Source of the DNA: an uncultured Erysipelotrichaceae bacterium
Lineage (GTDB): Bacteria > Bacillota_I > Bacilli_A > RF39 > UBA660
NCBI GenBank assembly: GCA_902801525.1
Contig: CADCIN010000004.1
Location: 16,948 to 80,947, forward strand
Reading direction: 5' to 3'
Length of the DNA: 64,000 nt
Part shown: piece after piece, positions 30,607 to 39,580 of the stretch
How the letters are laid out: each line of letters starts with the position of its first letter
Position numbering within the stretch: the stretch's first letter is position 1
Made by a program: the position numbers and the translations under genes
The notes under the pieces: model-generated
Database searches by the model: none
What the model saw: the letters and a program-made list of their open reading frames with translations, nothing else
What the model was told of the DNA's origin: nothing

Positions 30607-31203
30607 TTATTCTATCACTTTACGATCAGAAAGAGCTCTCTCTAAAGTCAAACTATCAATATATTCCATATCAGCACCCATAGGAACTCCATTAGCTAAT
30701 CTTGATATTTTAATATTAGAATCCTCAAGAATTTTTTTAATATATAAAGAAGTAGTTTCACCTTCTATAGTAGGCTTAAAAGCAAATATAATTTCTTTAA
30801 AATTATTATCTTTTATCATATCCAAAAGTTTTTCTAAACCAATATCTTCAGGATTAATACCATCTAAAGGTGAAATTAAATCATTTAACACGAAATATTT
30901 ACCAGTAAACATACCAAGTCTCTCGAATAAAAATACACTCTTAGAATCCTCTACAACACATAATACATCATTATTTCTATCATGACTTTTACAAATATAA
31001 CATTCGTCATCTTCTGTTAATACATTACAAATAGAGCAATTTTTTATCTTAGACTTAACATCGTTCATACTATTAGTAAATAACTCAACTTGTTCATCCT
31101 CTAAATTTAAGATAGAAAAAGCTAATCTTTCAGCAGTTTTCTCACCAATACCAGGTAAATATTTAAAAGATTCAATTAAATTTTTTAAACTATCTGGGTA
31201 CAT
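30607..31203 (-). CDS. recR: Recombination protein RecR
   Basis: HhH (LPGIGEKTAERLAF), C4 zinc finger (CSICN...CYIC), and a Toprim domain. Confidence 0.95.
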   Translation of the reverse strand: MYPDSLKNLIESFKYLPGIGEKTAERLAFSILNLEDEQVELFTNSMNDVKSKIKNCSICNVLTEDDECYICKSHDRNNDVLCVVEDSKSVFLFERLGMFTGKYFVLNDLISPLDGINPEDIGLEKLLDMIKDNNFKEIIFAFKPTIEGETTSLYIKKILEDSNIKISRLANGVPMGADMEYIDSLTLERALSDRKVIE

Positions 31204-31205
31204 TA

Positions 31206-31502
31206 TTAAAATAAACCTGGAATATTACCAAATTTTCCCATTTTTTTATTAGTTTCAGAATCAATTTTTTTATTAGCGTCATTAATAGCAATCATAATCA
31301 TATCTTGAAGCATTTCAATATCATCTTTTTCTAAAGTATTATCAGAATTAATTTCAACTTTAGTAACATTTCTATTACCTTTCATAGTAATTTTAACAAT
31401 AGAACTTTCACCAACAAATTCACTGTTATCTATTTCATTTTTTACCTTAAGCATATCTTTTTGTAATGCTTGAGCTTGTTTCATCATAGCTTGAATATTC
31501 AT
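31206..31502 (-). CDS. ebfC: Nucleoid-associated protein YbaB/EbfC
   Basis: 98 aa. MMKQAQALQKDM start and C-terminal G.PGLF. Confidence 0.9.
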   Translation of the reverse strand: MNIQAMMKQAQALQKDMLKVKNEIDNSEFVGESSIVKITMKGNRNVTKVEINSDNTLEKDDIEMLQDMIMIAINDANKKIDSETNKKMGKFGNIPGLF

Positions 31503-31516
31503 ATAAAATCCTCCTA

Positions 31517-33280
31517 TTATTCAAATTCAACAACATTTTCAAATAAATTAATTGTATCATTATTAATTATATCATTATTTTCTTGAACTTCAAATACTTC
31601 TTCAGGTTCTTCAACAAAATTATATTTAACACCTGATTTTAAATTTGAAATAAATTTATTTTTTTCTTCATTCCATTTTTCATTTGATAATATAACAAAG
31701 CTTTTATTAGAATTAGTAATTTTATTATAAATATCTGTAATATTCTTTATATTATCAAGATTTTGATTAACTGCAGATTGATACTCATAAGATAAAACTA
31801 TATTTTCATCACTAACCATACAAATTTTAGCATCTAAAAGTTCATTTATAATATATCCAATTTGCTGATCATAAATATAATCATTCAATGATTTAAATTT
31901 ATCCTGTTCCTCTATCAACAATTGTTTATTAGCCTTTGCAAATGTATTATTAAGTCTTGTAGATAATATTTCTTCAAAATTTAAAGGTAAATTAGAACTA
32001 ATAACTTTATTTTTTAACTTATCATTACTTTTCTTACTGTAACCATTATTTTCTTTTATGAGAGAGTTATCTGAATCAATATTTTTATTTTCATTATTTA
32101 TTTGAATTATCATATCGTTATTCATATCATTGTTATTAACAATCTTATTATCTTTTGAAGCTTTATAATTATCACGAACATTAGTTTGAGAGTGCTTAAT
32201 GTTATTAATATTGTCATCATTCACATTATTATTATTTGATGAACTTAAAGAATTATTAATATAATTTAATATAAGCATTTCAATATTTATTTTAACATTT
32301 TCACTTTTTCTAATATTAGATAAATTTGTATTGAATAAATTAATTAATTCAACTATTAATTTAATGTCATATTTAGGTTTAATATTATTTACATAATAAT
32401 CAACCATAACATTACGAAGATAATAAATAATTTGAACAATAATTTGAGAAAGATTTTTACCTCGATCATCAAACTCTTCAACCATTTTTAAAACTGAAGA
32501 AACATCATTATTAAAAATATAAATACAAAAATTATTTATCTCTGTTAATGTAATTAATCCATTTATTGAATAAAAATCATCAATAGTAATCTTATCAGAA
32601 GAAAAAGAACTTAATTTATCTAGCAAACCAATTGCATCTCTTAAACCACCATCTGAATTTTTAGCAATTTGATCTAGGACCTCATCATCAATATTAATTT
32701 TTTCCACATCAGTAATATATTTTAATCTATTAAATAAATTATTATTTGATATTTTTTCAAAATTAAAACATTGACATCTAGAAATTATAGTTTCAGGAAC
32801 TTTTTGATAATCGGTAGTAGCTAAAATAAAAATTACATGTTCTGGTGGTTCTTCTAAAGTTTTTAATAATGCATTAAAAGCTCCAATTGAAAGCATATGA
32901 ACTTCATCAATAATATAAATTTTGTATTTTAACATTGAAGGAACCAAAGATACTTTATTTCTTAGTTCTCTTATTTCATCTACACCATTATTTGAAGCAG
33001 CATCAATTTCAATAATATCTACACATTCTTTATCAAAAGAATGATTACACTTATCACAATTTCCACAGGCATCACCATTATTATTGTTTTCACAATTAAC
33101 AGCTCTAGCAAATATTTTAGAAATAGTTGTTTTACCTGTTCCTCTAGGTCCAAAAAATAAATAAGCATGAGAAAAACGATTATTAACAATTGAATTTTTT
33201 AAAGTTTTAATAATTGGTACTTGTCCTACAACATCTTCAAAGTTTTTAGGTCTATATTTTCTATATAAAGCTTGATACAT
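31517..33280 (-). CDS. dnaX: DNA polymerase III gamma/tau subunit
   Basis: YRKYRP, GPRGTGKTT and a Zn module (CGNCDKC). Asn-rich low-complexity middle. ATG (MYQALYRKY) preceded by GGAG. Confidence 0.9.
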   Translation of the reverse strand: MYQALYRKYRPKNFEDVVGQVPIIKTLKNSIVNNRFSHAYLFFGPRGTGKTTISKIFARAVNCENNNNGDACGNCDKCNHSFDKECVDIIEIDAASNNGVDEIRELRNKVSLVPSMLKYKIYIIDEVHMLSIGAFNALLKTLEEPPEHVIFILATTDYQKVPETIISRCQCFNFEKISNNNLFNRLKYITDVEKINIDDEVLDQIAKNSDGGLRDAIGLLDKLSSFSSDKITIDDFYSINGLITLTEINNFCIYIFNNDVSSVLKMVEEFDDRGKNLSQIIVQIIYYLRNVMVDYYVNNIKPKYDIKLIVELINLFNTNLSNIRKSENVKINIEMLILNYINNSLSSSNNNNVNDDNINNIKHSQTNVRDNYKASKDNKIVNNNDMNNDMIIQINNENKNIDSDNSLIKENNGYSKKSNDKLKNKVISSNLPLNFEEILSTRLNNTFAKANKQLLIEEQDKFKSLNDYIYDQQIGYIINELLDAKICMVSDENIVLSYEYQSAVNQNLDNIKNITDIYNKITNSNKSFVILSNEKWNEEKNKFISNLKSGVKYNFVEEPEEVFEVQENNDIINNDTINLFENVVEFE

Positions 33281-33304
33281 ACATTCCACTCCATTCAATT
33301 ATAT

Positions 33305-33313
33305 ATTATACCA
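33305..33313 (-). promoter_or_regulatory. Extended -10 promoter element for dnaX
   Basis: The minus strand reads TGGTATAAT about 25 nt upstream of the dnaX ATG. No good -35. Confidence 0.45.
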
Positions 33314-33380
33314 TATAAAGTAAAGAGTTTTTTTAGAAAATTATATTTTTTCAACAATTTATATTTTAACTAAAAAAAAT

Positions 33381-33394
33381 ATTTCCCGGGAAAT
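33381..33394. promoter_or_regulatory. Noc-binding-site (NBS) palindrome, exact core consensus
   Basis: ATTTCCCGGGAAAT is identical to the 14-bp B. subtilis NBS consensus. It matches 15/16 of the extended TATTTCCCGGGAAATA. Confidence 0.6.
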
Positions 33395-33426
33395 GTTTTA
33401 AAAAATTAAATAACAAAATATAAATT

Positions 33427-33440
33427 ATTTCCCAGGAAAT
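33427..33440. promoter_or_regulatory. NBS-like palindrome with one central mismatch
   Basis: ATTTCCCAGGAAAT. With flanks it reads TATTTCCCAGGAAATA, 15/16 to the extended NBS. It ends 6 bp before parS-1. Confidence 0.5.
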
Positions 33441-33446
33441 ATTATA

Positions 33447-33462
33447 TGTTTCACGTGAAACA
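33447..33462. promoter_or_regulatory. parS: parS site 1 (perfect palindrome)
   Basis: TGTTTCACGTGAAACA, an exact match to the parS consensus TGTTNCACGTGAAACA. Confidence 0.85.
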
Positions 33463-33551
33463 TTTTATTAATCTAATATATTCTATTCATAATGCATATA
33501 ACACAAAGTTAATCTTCAATCCAATTACTTTTCAAATAATATTTCTCTTTA

Positions 33552-33567
33552 TGTTCCACGTGAAACA
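33552..33567. promoter_or_regulatory. parS: parS site 2
   Basis: TGTTCCACGTGAAACA, identical to the canonical B. subtilis parS. Confidence 0.85.
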
Positions 33568-33656
33568 TATTTCTACATCAAGTATATTTTAATCTAAAAA
33601 CAATATTACATCATTATTCTCCGTTTTGATTATATTTCACATATTATTTCTTTTCA

Positions 33657-33672
33657 TGTTTCACGTGAAACA
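33657..33672. promoter_or_regulatory. parS: parS site 3 (perfect palindrome)
   Basis: TGTTTCACGTGAAACA. Confidence 0.85.
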
Positions 33673-33762
33673 TATTTCTATCATCAAGTATATTTTAATC
33701 TAAAAACAATATTACATCATTATTCTCCGTTTTGATTATATTTCACATATTATTTCTTTTCA

Positions 33763-33778
33763 TGTTCCACGTGAAACA
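33763..33778. promoter_or_regulatory. parS: parS site 4
   Basis: TGTTCCACGTGAAACA. Confidence 0.85.
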
Positions 33779-33868
33779 TATTTCTACATCAAATATATTT
33801 TAATCTAAAAAACATTATTACACCATTATTCTCCGTTTTGATTATATTTCACATATTATTTCTTTTCA

Positions 33869-33884
33869 TGTTCCACGTGAAACA
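33869..33884. promoter_or_regulatory. parS: parS site 5
   Basis: TGTTCCACGTGAAACA. Confidence 0.85.
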
Positions 33885-33975
33885 TATTTCTATCATCAAG
33901 TATATTTTAATCTAAAAAACAATATTACTCCATTATTCTCCGTTTTGATTATAGTTCACATATTATTTCTTTTCA

Positions 33976-33991
33976 TGTTTCACGTGAAACA
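33976..33991. promoter_or_regulatory. parS: parS site 6 (perfect palindrome)
   Basis: TGTTTCACGTGAAACA. Confidence 0.85.
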
Positions 33992-34233
33992 TATTTCTAT
34001 TTATCAAAAATATTTTATTCTAGATGATTAATAGATATAGTCTTTTTATGTATAAAATTTATATATATTTTTTTAATTCTAAATATACTTTTATAATAAT
34101 TTTGTAATTTCAATTAAATAAATTCAACAAATATTTTTTTCATTTATAACATTTCCATAAATATATTTCATTAGATAAAAATTATATATTGTTATACTCC
34201 TCTTTAATTCTATTTCAAATACTATTTCTTTTT

Positions 34234-34251
34234 ATTTTTCACGCAGAACAT
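34234..34251. other. Decayed parS remnant at the tadA-proximal end of the array
   Basis: ATTTTTCACGCAGAACAT versus ATGTTTCACGTGAAACAT (4 mismatches). The upstream flank still resembles the repeat unit (tatactcctctttaattctatttcaaatactatttcttttt). Confidence 0.5.
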
Positions 34252-34285
34252 ATTTTTTAACTAAAAAAAAAGAAGATAATTTCTA

Positions 34286-34732
34286 TCATCTTTTTAACAT
34301 GAAATATTCATTAATTATATCTTTAACTTGATATATATATTTATCAACAAAAATATAATTTATAGATGGATTATTATCATTATTACTTAAAATCATATTA
34401 TTAATAAACTTAACATTAGGATCACTATTTTCCAGGAAATAATATAAATTTCTTATTCTAGCTTGCTTTATAGCAGAAGCACACATAGCACAAGGCTCTA
34501 ATAAAACATATATATCACAATCATTTAATCTCCAATTATTATACTTCTTTTCACAGTATCTAATAGCATTTATTTCAGCATGACATGTTACATCATTATT
34601 CGATTCTTTAGTATTATGAGTAATACAAATTATTTTATTGTTTTTAACAATCGCAGCACAAACAGGCACTTCATCTTCTAAAATTGCAGTTTTTGCTTCT
34701 AAAATTAATTCGTTAAATACTTTTTCAACCAT
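34286..34732 (-). CDS. tadA: tRNA-specific adenosine deaminase
   Basis: CDA zinc motifs HAEINAI and PCAMCA. ATG (MVEKVF) preceded by AGGAG. The ORF-track N-terminal extension runs into the SRP RNA. Confidence 0.9.
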   Translation of the reverse strand: MVEKVFNELILEAKTAILEDEVPVCAAIVKNNKIICITHNTKESNNDVTCHAEINAIRYCEKKYNNWRLNDCDIYVLLEPCAMCASAIKQARIRNLYYFLENSDPNVKFINNMILSNNDNNPSINYIFVDKYIYQVKDIINEYFMLKR

Positions 34733-34762
34733 AAAATTACTCCTAATTATTAAAATAAAAAA

Positions 34763-34835
34763 GATGCACATAATTAGAGGTTCTTAAGGCTGCTATCTTC
34801 CGATTCTGACCTGGTTAAAACATAATTATTGCATC
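34763..34835 (-). ncRNA. ffs: Signal recognition particle RNA, short 4.5S type
   Basis: The minus strand reads GAUGCAAUAAUUAUGUUUUAACCAGGUCAGAAUCGGAAGAUAGCAGCCUUAAGAACCUCUAAUUAUGUGCAUC. The core ACCAGGUCAGAAUCGGAAGAUAGCAGCC matches the universal domain IV (E. coli ACCAGGUCAGGUCCGGAAGGAAGCAGCC) with a GGAA tetraloop. The ends pair (GAUGCA/UGCAUC and AUAAUUA/UAAUUAU). A U-run follows. Confidence 0.85.
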
Positions 34836-34841
34836 GAAATT

Positions 34842-34870
34842 ATTATATAAAATTTTATTTTTTTTGTAAA
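34842..34870 (-). promoter_or_regulatory. Sigma-A type promoter of ffs
   Basis: The minus strand reads TTTACA-17 nt-TATAAT. This places the predicted start at ~34835, the first base of the SRP RNA terminal helix. Confidence 0.65.
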
Positions 34871-34882
34871 CAAAAAAATAAA

Positions 34883-34891
34883 ATATCCACA
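34883..34891 (+). promoter_or_regulatory. DnaA box (1 mismatch)
   Basis: ATATCCACA versus TTATCCACA. Confidence 0.4.
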
Positions 34892-35017
34892 AGTAAAATT
34901 ATTAACAGTAAAAAAATGAGCCAATAAAATGTAAAAAGTAATTCATGAATTAATAATAAATATAAAGAAAAATCTTTAAATGTTTTACATATAATTTCTG
35001 ATGAACAAAAAAACATT

Positions 35018-35026
35018 TTATCCACA
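35018..35026 (+). promoter_or_regulatory. DnaA box (perfect consensus)
   Basis: TTATCCACA, in the gyrA-ffs spacer. Confidence 0.5.
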
Positions 35027-35072
35027 AACAAAAAATATGCAAAAAAAAGGAAATATATTCCTTTTCTTATTT

Positions 35073-37628
35073 TTATTCTTCTGACTTAGTTTCTTCAGTA
35101 TTTTCTATTATTAAATCTTTATTTTCTGATTCTTCACCATTAGAATCATCAACTTTATCAACAAGAGCAACAGTAGAAACTTTTTGATCATCTTTAAGAT
35201 TTATTAATCTTACACCTTGAGTTGCTCTTTTTAATGTAGATATTTGATTCATTGGCATTTTCATAATTACTCCATAGTTAGTAATAATCATTAGATCAAC
35301 AGATTCTTCATTTTCAACATCTATACATTTAAGAGAAACCATCATACCATTCTTTTCAGTAACATTAAGTGCTTTAACACCTTTACTACCTCTATGAGTT
35401 AATCTGTATTCATCAATTGCAGTTTTCTTTCCATAACCATTTTCAGTAACAATAAGTACTAATTCATTAAGTTTTACAACCTCAGCACCAACTACTATAC
35501 TATCACCAAGATCAATTCCTTTAACACCAGATGCTCCACGACCCATAACTCTTACTTCATCTTCAGTAAATCTAACCATACGACCATTGCTTGCACCAAT
35601 TATTATTTCATCATGACCAGAAGTCTTTCTAACACTAATTAATTCATCATTTTCTTTAAGAACTATCGCAATTTTTCCACTCTTTCTGATATTTTCAAAT
35701 TCACGAACATTTGTTCTTTTTATTAATCCTAACTTAGTCACAAACATAAGATTTTCAATAGTTTCATCGCCATCAGTATAACTGATCATAGAACTAATTT
35801 TTTCATCTTTTTCTAATTGAAGCAAATTAATAATTGGTAATCCCTTAGATTGTCGACTATATTCTGGAATTTCATAACCCTTCATTCTATATACTCTTCC
35901 TTTGTTAGAAAAGAACATAATATAATCATGAGTTTTCATTGAAATTAATTGTTCAGCAAAATCCTCTTCATTAGTAGACATACCTTTAATACCAACACCA
36001 CCTCTATTTTGAGTTCTATAAGTATCAGATTTTAATCTCTTAATATAACCATTATGAGTAAGAGTAACAATAATATCATCAATAGGTATTAGTGATTCAT
36101 CTTCAATATAATCAATTGCAGTCATATCAATAGAAGTTCTTCTTTCATCACCAAATCTATTTTTAATTTCTAACATTTCTTTCTTAATAATATCTAAAAC
36201 CATTTGTTCACTAGCTAAAATTTCTTTATAATTAGCAATTTTAATTCTTAATTCATTTAATTCATTTTCAATAGTATCCTTAGACATATGAGTAAGTCTT
36301 CTAAGTCTCATATCAAGAATAGCTTGAGTTTGAACATCATCTAAATTAAATCTTTCCATTAAAGTATTTTTAGCAGTTTCATCATCATCACTACCTCTAA
36401 TAATCTTAACAACTTCGTCAATATTATCAATAGCAATACTTAAACCTTCTAAAATATGTGCTCTTTCTTCAGCTTTCTTTAAATCAAATTGAGTTCTTCT
36501 ATAAATAACTTCCTTTTGAAAATCAACATATTTAGAAATAATTTTATTTAAACCTAAAGTTTTTGGTGTTCTATCATCAATCATCATGAAATTAATACCA
36601 TAAGTTATTTGAAAATTAGTATGTTTATATAAATTATTCAATACAACTTGTGGATTAGCATCACGTTTTAATGTAATAGTAATTTTAACACCATTTTTTA
36701 GATCAGTATGATAATCGGAAATACCTTCTATTACTTTGTTATGAACAAGTTCGGCGACCTTATTTTTTAAATCTAAAGTATTAACACCATAAGGAACTTC
36801 AGTAACAACAATAGTATGATGGTTACCATGTTCTTCAATAGTTGCACGACTTCGAATTGTAATAGAACCTTTACCAGTTTCATATGCTTTTTTAATACCA
36901 GAATTACCTAAGATAATACCACCAGTAGGGAAATCTGGTCCTTTAACATATTGCATTAGACCCATAGTATCAATCTCAGGATTATCAATATAAGCAACAC
37001 AACCATCAATAACTTCACATAAGTTATGAGGTGGAATATTTGTTGCCATACCAACAGCAATACCCATTGTTCCATTAACTAAAATATTAGGATATCTAGA
37101 TGGTAAAACAGAAGGTTCTTTAGCAGTAACATCAAAGTTGTCATCCATATCAACAGTATTTTTATTAATATCTTTTAATAATTCAAGTGATAATTTAGAT
37201 AAACGTGATTCAGTATAACGCATTGCTGCAGCACCATCACCTTCAATATTACCAAAGTTACCATGACCATCTACTAAAATATATCTTTCATTAAAACTTT
37301 GAGCCATTCTAACCATAGCTTCATAAATAGAAGAATCACCATGTGGATGGTAATGACCCATAACATATCCAACTGTTGTAGCTGATTTTCTATGAGGTTT
37401 ATCAGGAGTATAACCACTCTCATACATTGACCATAAAATTCTTCTATGAACAGGCTTTAAACCATCTCTTAAGTCAGGTAAAGCACGTGATGTAATAACA
37501 CTAATAGCATAATCTAAGAAAGAATCTCTAACTTCTTTTACAATATTATTTTCAGATAAACTATCTCTTTCATGAAATACATCTGTTTTATTTTCAATTT
37601 CTTGTTCGTTTACTTCATTATTATCCAT
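35073..37628 (-). CDS. gyrA: DNA gyrase subunit A
   Basis: [23 protein letters not shown] (active-site Tyr) and a C-terminal beta-pinwheel. 851 aa. Confidence 0.97.
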   Translation of the reverse strand: MDNNEVNEQEIENKTDVFHERDSLSENNIVKEVRDSFLDYAISVITSRALPDLRDGLKPVHRRILWSMYESGYTPDKPHRKSATTVGYVMGHYHPHGDSSIYEAMVRMAQSFNERYILVDGHGNFGNIEGDGAAAMRYTESRLSKLSLELLKDINKNTVDMDDNFDVTAKEPSVLPSRYPNILVNGTMGIAVGMATNIPPHNLCEVIDGCVAYIDNPEIDTMGLMQYVKGPDFPTGGIILGNSGIKKAYETGKGSITIRSRATIEEHGNHHTIVVTEVPYGVNTLDLKNKVAELVHNKVIEGISDYHTDLKNGVKITITLKRDANPQVVLNNLYKHTNFQITYGINFMMIDDRTPKTLGLNKIISKYVDFQKEVIYRRTQFDLKKAEERAHILEGLSIAIDNIDEVVKIIRGSDDDETAKNTLMERFNLDDVQTQAILDMRLRRLTHMSKDTIENELNELRIKIANYKEILASEQMVLDIIKKEMLEIKNRFGDERRTSIDMTAIDYIEDESLIPIDDIIVTLTHNGYIKRLKSDTYRTQNRGGVGIKGMSTNEEDFAEQLISMKTHDYIMFFSNKGRVYRMKGYEIPEYSRQSKGLPIINLLQLEKDEKISSMISYTDGDETIENLMFVTKLGLIKRTNVREFENIRKSGKIAIVLKENDELISVRKTSGHDEIIIGASNGRMVRFTEDEVRVMGRGASGVKGIDLGDSIVVGAEVVKLNELVLIVTENGYGKKTAIDEYRLTHRGSKGVKALNVTEKNGMMVSLKCIDVENEESVDLMIITNYGVIMKMPMNQISTLKRATQGVRLINLKDDQKVSTVALVDKVDDSNGEESENKDLIIENTEETKSEE

Positions 37629-37638
37629 AATTTACCTC

Positions 37639-39570
37639 CTATATATCCAAGTTTTGTACATATACAGCATTTTCTTCAATAAATTTTCTTCTAGGTTCAA
37701 CATCATCACCCATTAATTTTTCAAAAATTTCATCAGCTGCAATACAATCATCTAAAGTTATTTTTCTTAGTGTACGCTTTTCTATATCCATTGTAGTCTC
37801 ATTTAACTCTTCAGCATCCATTTCCCCTAATCCTTTCATTCGAGCAATTTCTACACGGTTTCTGACGCTCTCAGATAGAGAATTTAAATATTTTTCTTTT
37901 TCAACTTCATCTAAAACGTATTTTCTTGTTTTACCATGAGTAATTCTAAATAGTGGAGGTTGAGCAGCATAAATATGTCCTTCCTCTACAATAGGTCTAA
38001 AGAATCTATAAAATAAAGTTAAAAGTAGTACTCTAATATGTGCACCATCAACATCGGCATCGGTCATGATTATAATTTTATGATATCTTAATTTTGATAA
38101 ATCAAACTCTTGTCCAATACCAGTACCAAATGCAGTAATAATAGTTCTTATTTCTTCATTTGATAAGGCTCTATCTAATCTAGCTTTTTCAACATTTAAA
38201 ATTTTTCCTCTAAGTGGTAATATAGCTTGAGTCATTGAATCTCTACCCTCTTTAGCAGAACCACCAGCGGAATCTCCTTCGACTATAAATATTTCAGATA
38301 TTTTTGGATCTTTACTTTTACAATCTGATAGCTTTCCATAAAAATTAGTTGTTGCTAAATCACTTTTTCTTGTTATTTCACGCGCCTTTTTAGCTGCATT
38401 TCTAGCTCTACAAGCAAGCATGGCTTTTTCAACAATTTGTTTAGCTTCATCTGGATTTTCTAACAAGAAAGTTTTAAATCCATTTGAAAATACATCATCT
38501 GCAAGTTTTCTAACTTCACTATTTCCAAGTCTTCCTTTTGTTTGTCCTTCAAATTGAGGATTAGGATGCTTACAAGAAACAATCATTGTTAATCCTTCTT
38601 TAACATCATCACCAGTTAAAGAATCATCTTTTTCTTTTAATATACCATTTTTTCTAGCATAACTATTAATAACACGAGTTAAAGCTCTTTTAACACCATC
38701 TTCATGTGTTCCACCATCATGAGTATTAATATTATTAACAAAAGAGTAAATATTTTCATTATATCCAGTTGTATATTGCATAGCAACTTCAAACATAACA
38801 CCGTTTTCTTCTCCATCTAAATGAATTATTTTTTCATGAATAGGTGTTTTTCCTTTATTAATAAACTTAACATATTCTGAAATACCGCCTTCATACACAA
38901 ATGTATCACCAGTAGTATCTTCATCATCACGATCATCTCTTAAAGTTAATCTTAATCCTTTATTTAAAAAGGCAAGTTCACGTACTCTAACAAGTAATGT
39001 ATCATAATCATATATATCAGTATCAAATATTTCTGGATCTGGTTTAAAAGTAACAGTAGTACCAGTTCTATCTTCACTACATGTACCAATTTCTGTTAAA
39101 GAATCAACAGTATGTCCACCATTTTCAAATCTAATTGAATAAATCTTTCCACCTTTATAAACTTTAACTTCTACCCATTTTGATAATGCATTAACAACAC
39201 TGGCACCAACACCATGTAATCCTCCAGATACTTTATATCCTCCACCACCAAATTTACCACCTGCATGTAATACAGTATAAACTGTTTCTACAGTACTTTT
39301 TTTAGTTTTAGGGTGAATATCAACAGGAATTCCACGACCATCATCTTTTACAGTAATAGAATTATCTTTATTAATTACAATTTCAATGTTTTTACAAAAA
39401 CCTGCAAGAGCCTCATCGATAGAGTTATCAACAATTTCCCATACAAGATGATGTAATCCCTTTACGTCAGTTGTACCAATATACATACCCGGACGTTTTC
39501 TTACAGCCTCTAACCCTTCAAGAACTTGAATAGCAGAGGAATCATAAGTTGTTTCTACTTTTTCATCCAT
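37639..39570 (-). CDS. gyrB: DNA gyrase subunit B
   Basis: GHKL ATPase motifs ([14 protein letters not shown]), Toprim EGDSAGG, and [10 protein letters not shown]. Confidence 0.97.
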   Translation of the reverse strand: MDEKVETTYDSSAIQVLEGLEAVRKRPGMYIGTTDVKGLHHLVWEIVDNSIDEALAGFCKNIEIVINKDNSITVKDDGRGIPVDIHPKTKKSTVETVYTVLHAGGKFGGGGYKVSGGLHGVGASVVNALSKWVEVKVYKGGKIYSIRFENGGHTVDSLTEIGTCSEDRTGTTVTFKPDPEIFDTDIYDYDTLLVRVRELAFLNKGLRLTLRDDRDDEDTTGDTFVYEGGISEYVKFINKGKTPIHEKIIHLDGEENGVMFEVAMQYTTGYNENIYSFVNNINTHDGGTHEDGVKRALTRVINSYARKNGILKEKDDSLTGDDVKEGLTMIVSCKHPNPQFEGQTKGRLGNSEVRKLADDVFSNGFKTFLLENPDEAKQIVEKAMLACRARNAAKKAREITRKSDLATTNFYGKLSDCKSKDPKISEIFIVEGDSAGGSAKEGRDSMTQAILPLRGKILNVEKARLDRALSNEEIRTIITAFGTGIGQEFDLSKLRYHKIIIMTDADVDGAHIRVLLLTLFYRFFRPIVEEGHIYAAQPPLFRITHGKTRKYVLDEVEKEKYLNSLSESVRNRVEIARMKGLGEMDAEELNETTMDIEKRTLRKITLDDCIAADEIFEKLMGDDVEPRRKFIEENAVYVQNLDI

Positions 39571-39580
39571 TATATAATCC

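Larger units (their letters stand above)
33446..34251. repeat. Tandem array of ~106-bp units, each carrying a parS site (six intact units plus decayed copies)
   Basis: Units starting at 33551, 33656, 33762 and 33868 are near-identical over their full length. The 33446 unit and the 34000-34251 stretch are diverged copies. No ORF of 60 aa or more lies in the region. Confidence 0.9.

Noticed and set aside
33446-33992. CRISPR-like appearance: a short palindromic repeat recurring at regular ~106-bp intervals.
   Set aside because: The intervening 'spacers' are near-identical to one another, so the whole unit is a tandem repeat. The repeat is only 16-18 bp, and it matches parS exactly. No cas genes or leader are nearby.
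34427-34440. NBS-like ATTTTCCAGGAAAT inside tadA.
   Set aside because: It has two mismatches to ATTTCCCGGGAAAT, including in the core, and lies in coding sequence. It cannot be distinguished from chance without binding data.
34733-34771. N-terminal 13 codons of the tadA ORF in the track (MCIFFILIIRSNF).
   Set aside because: This stretch is the 3' half and U-tail of the SRP RNA. A good AGGAG RBS precedes the internal ATG at 34732, where deaminase homology starts.
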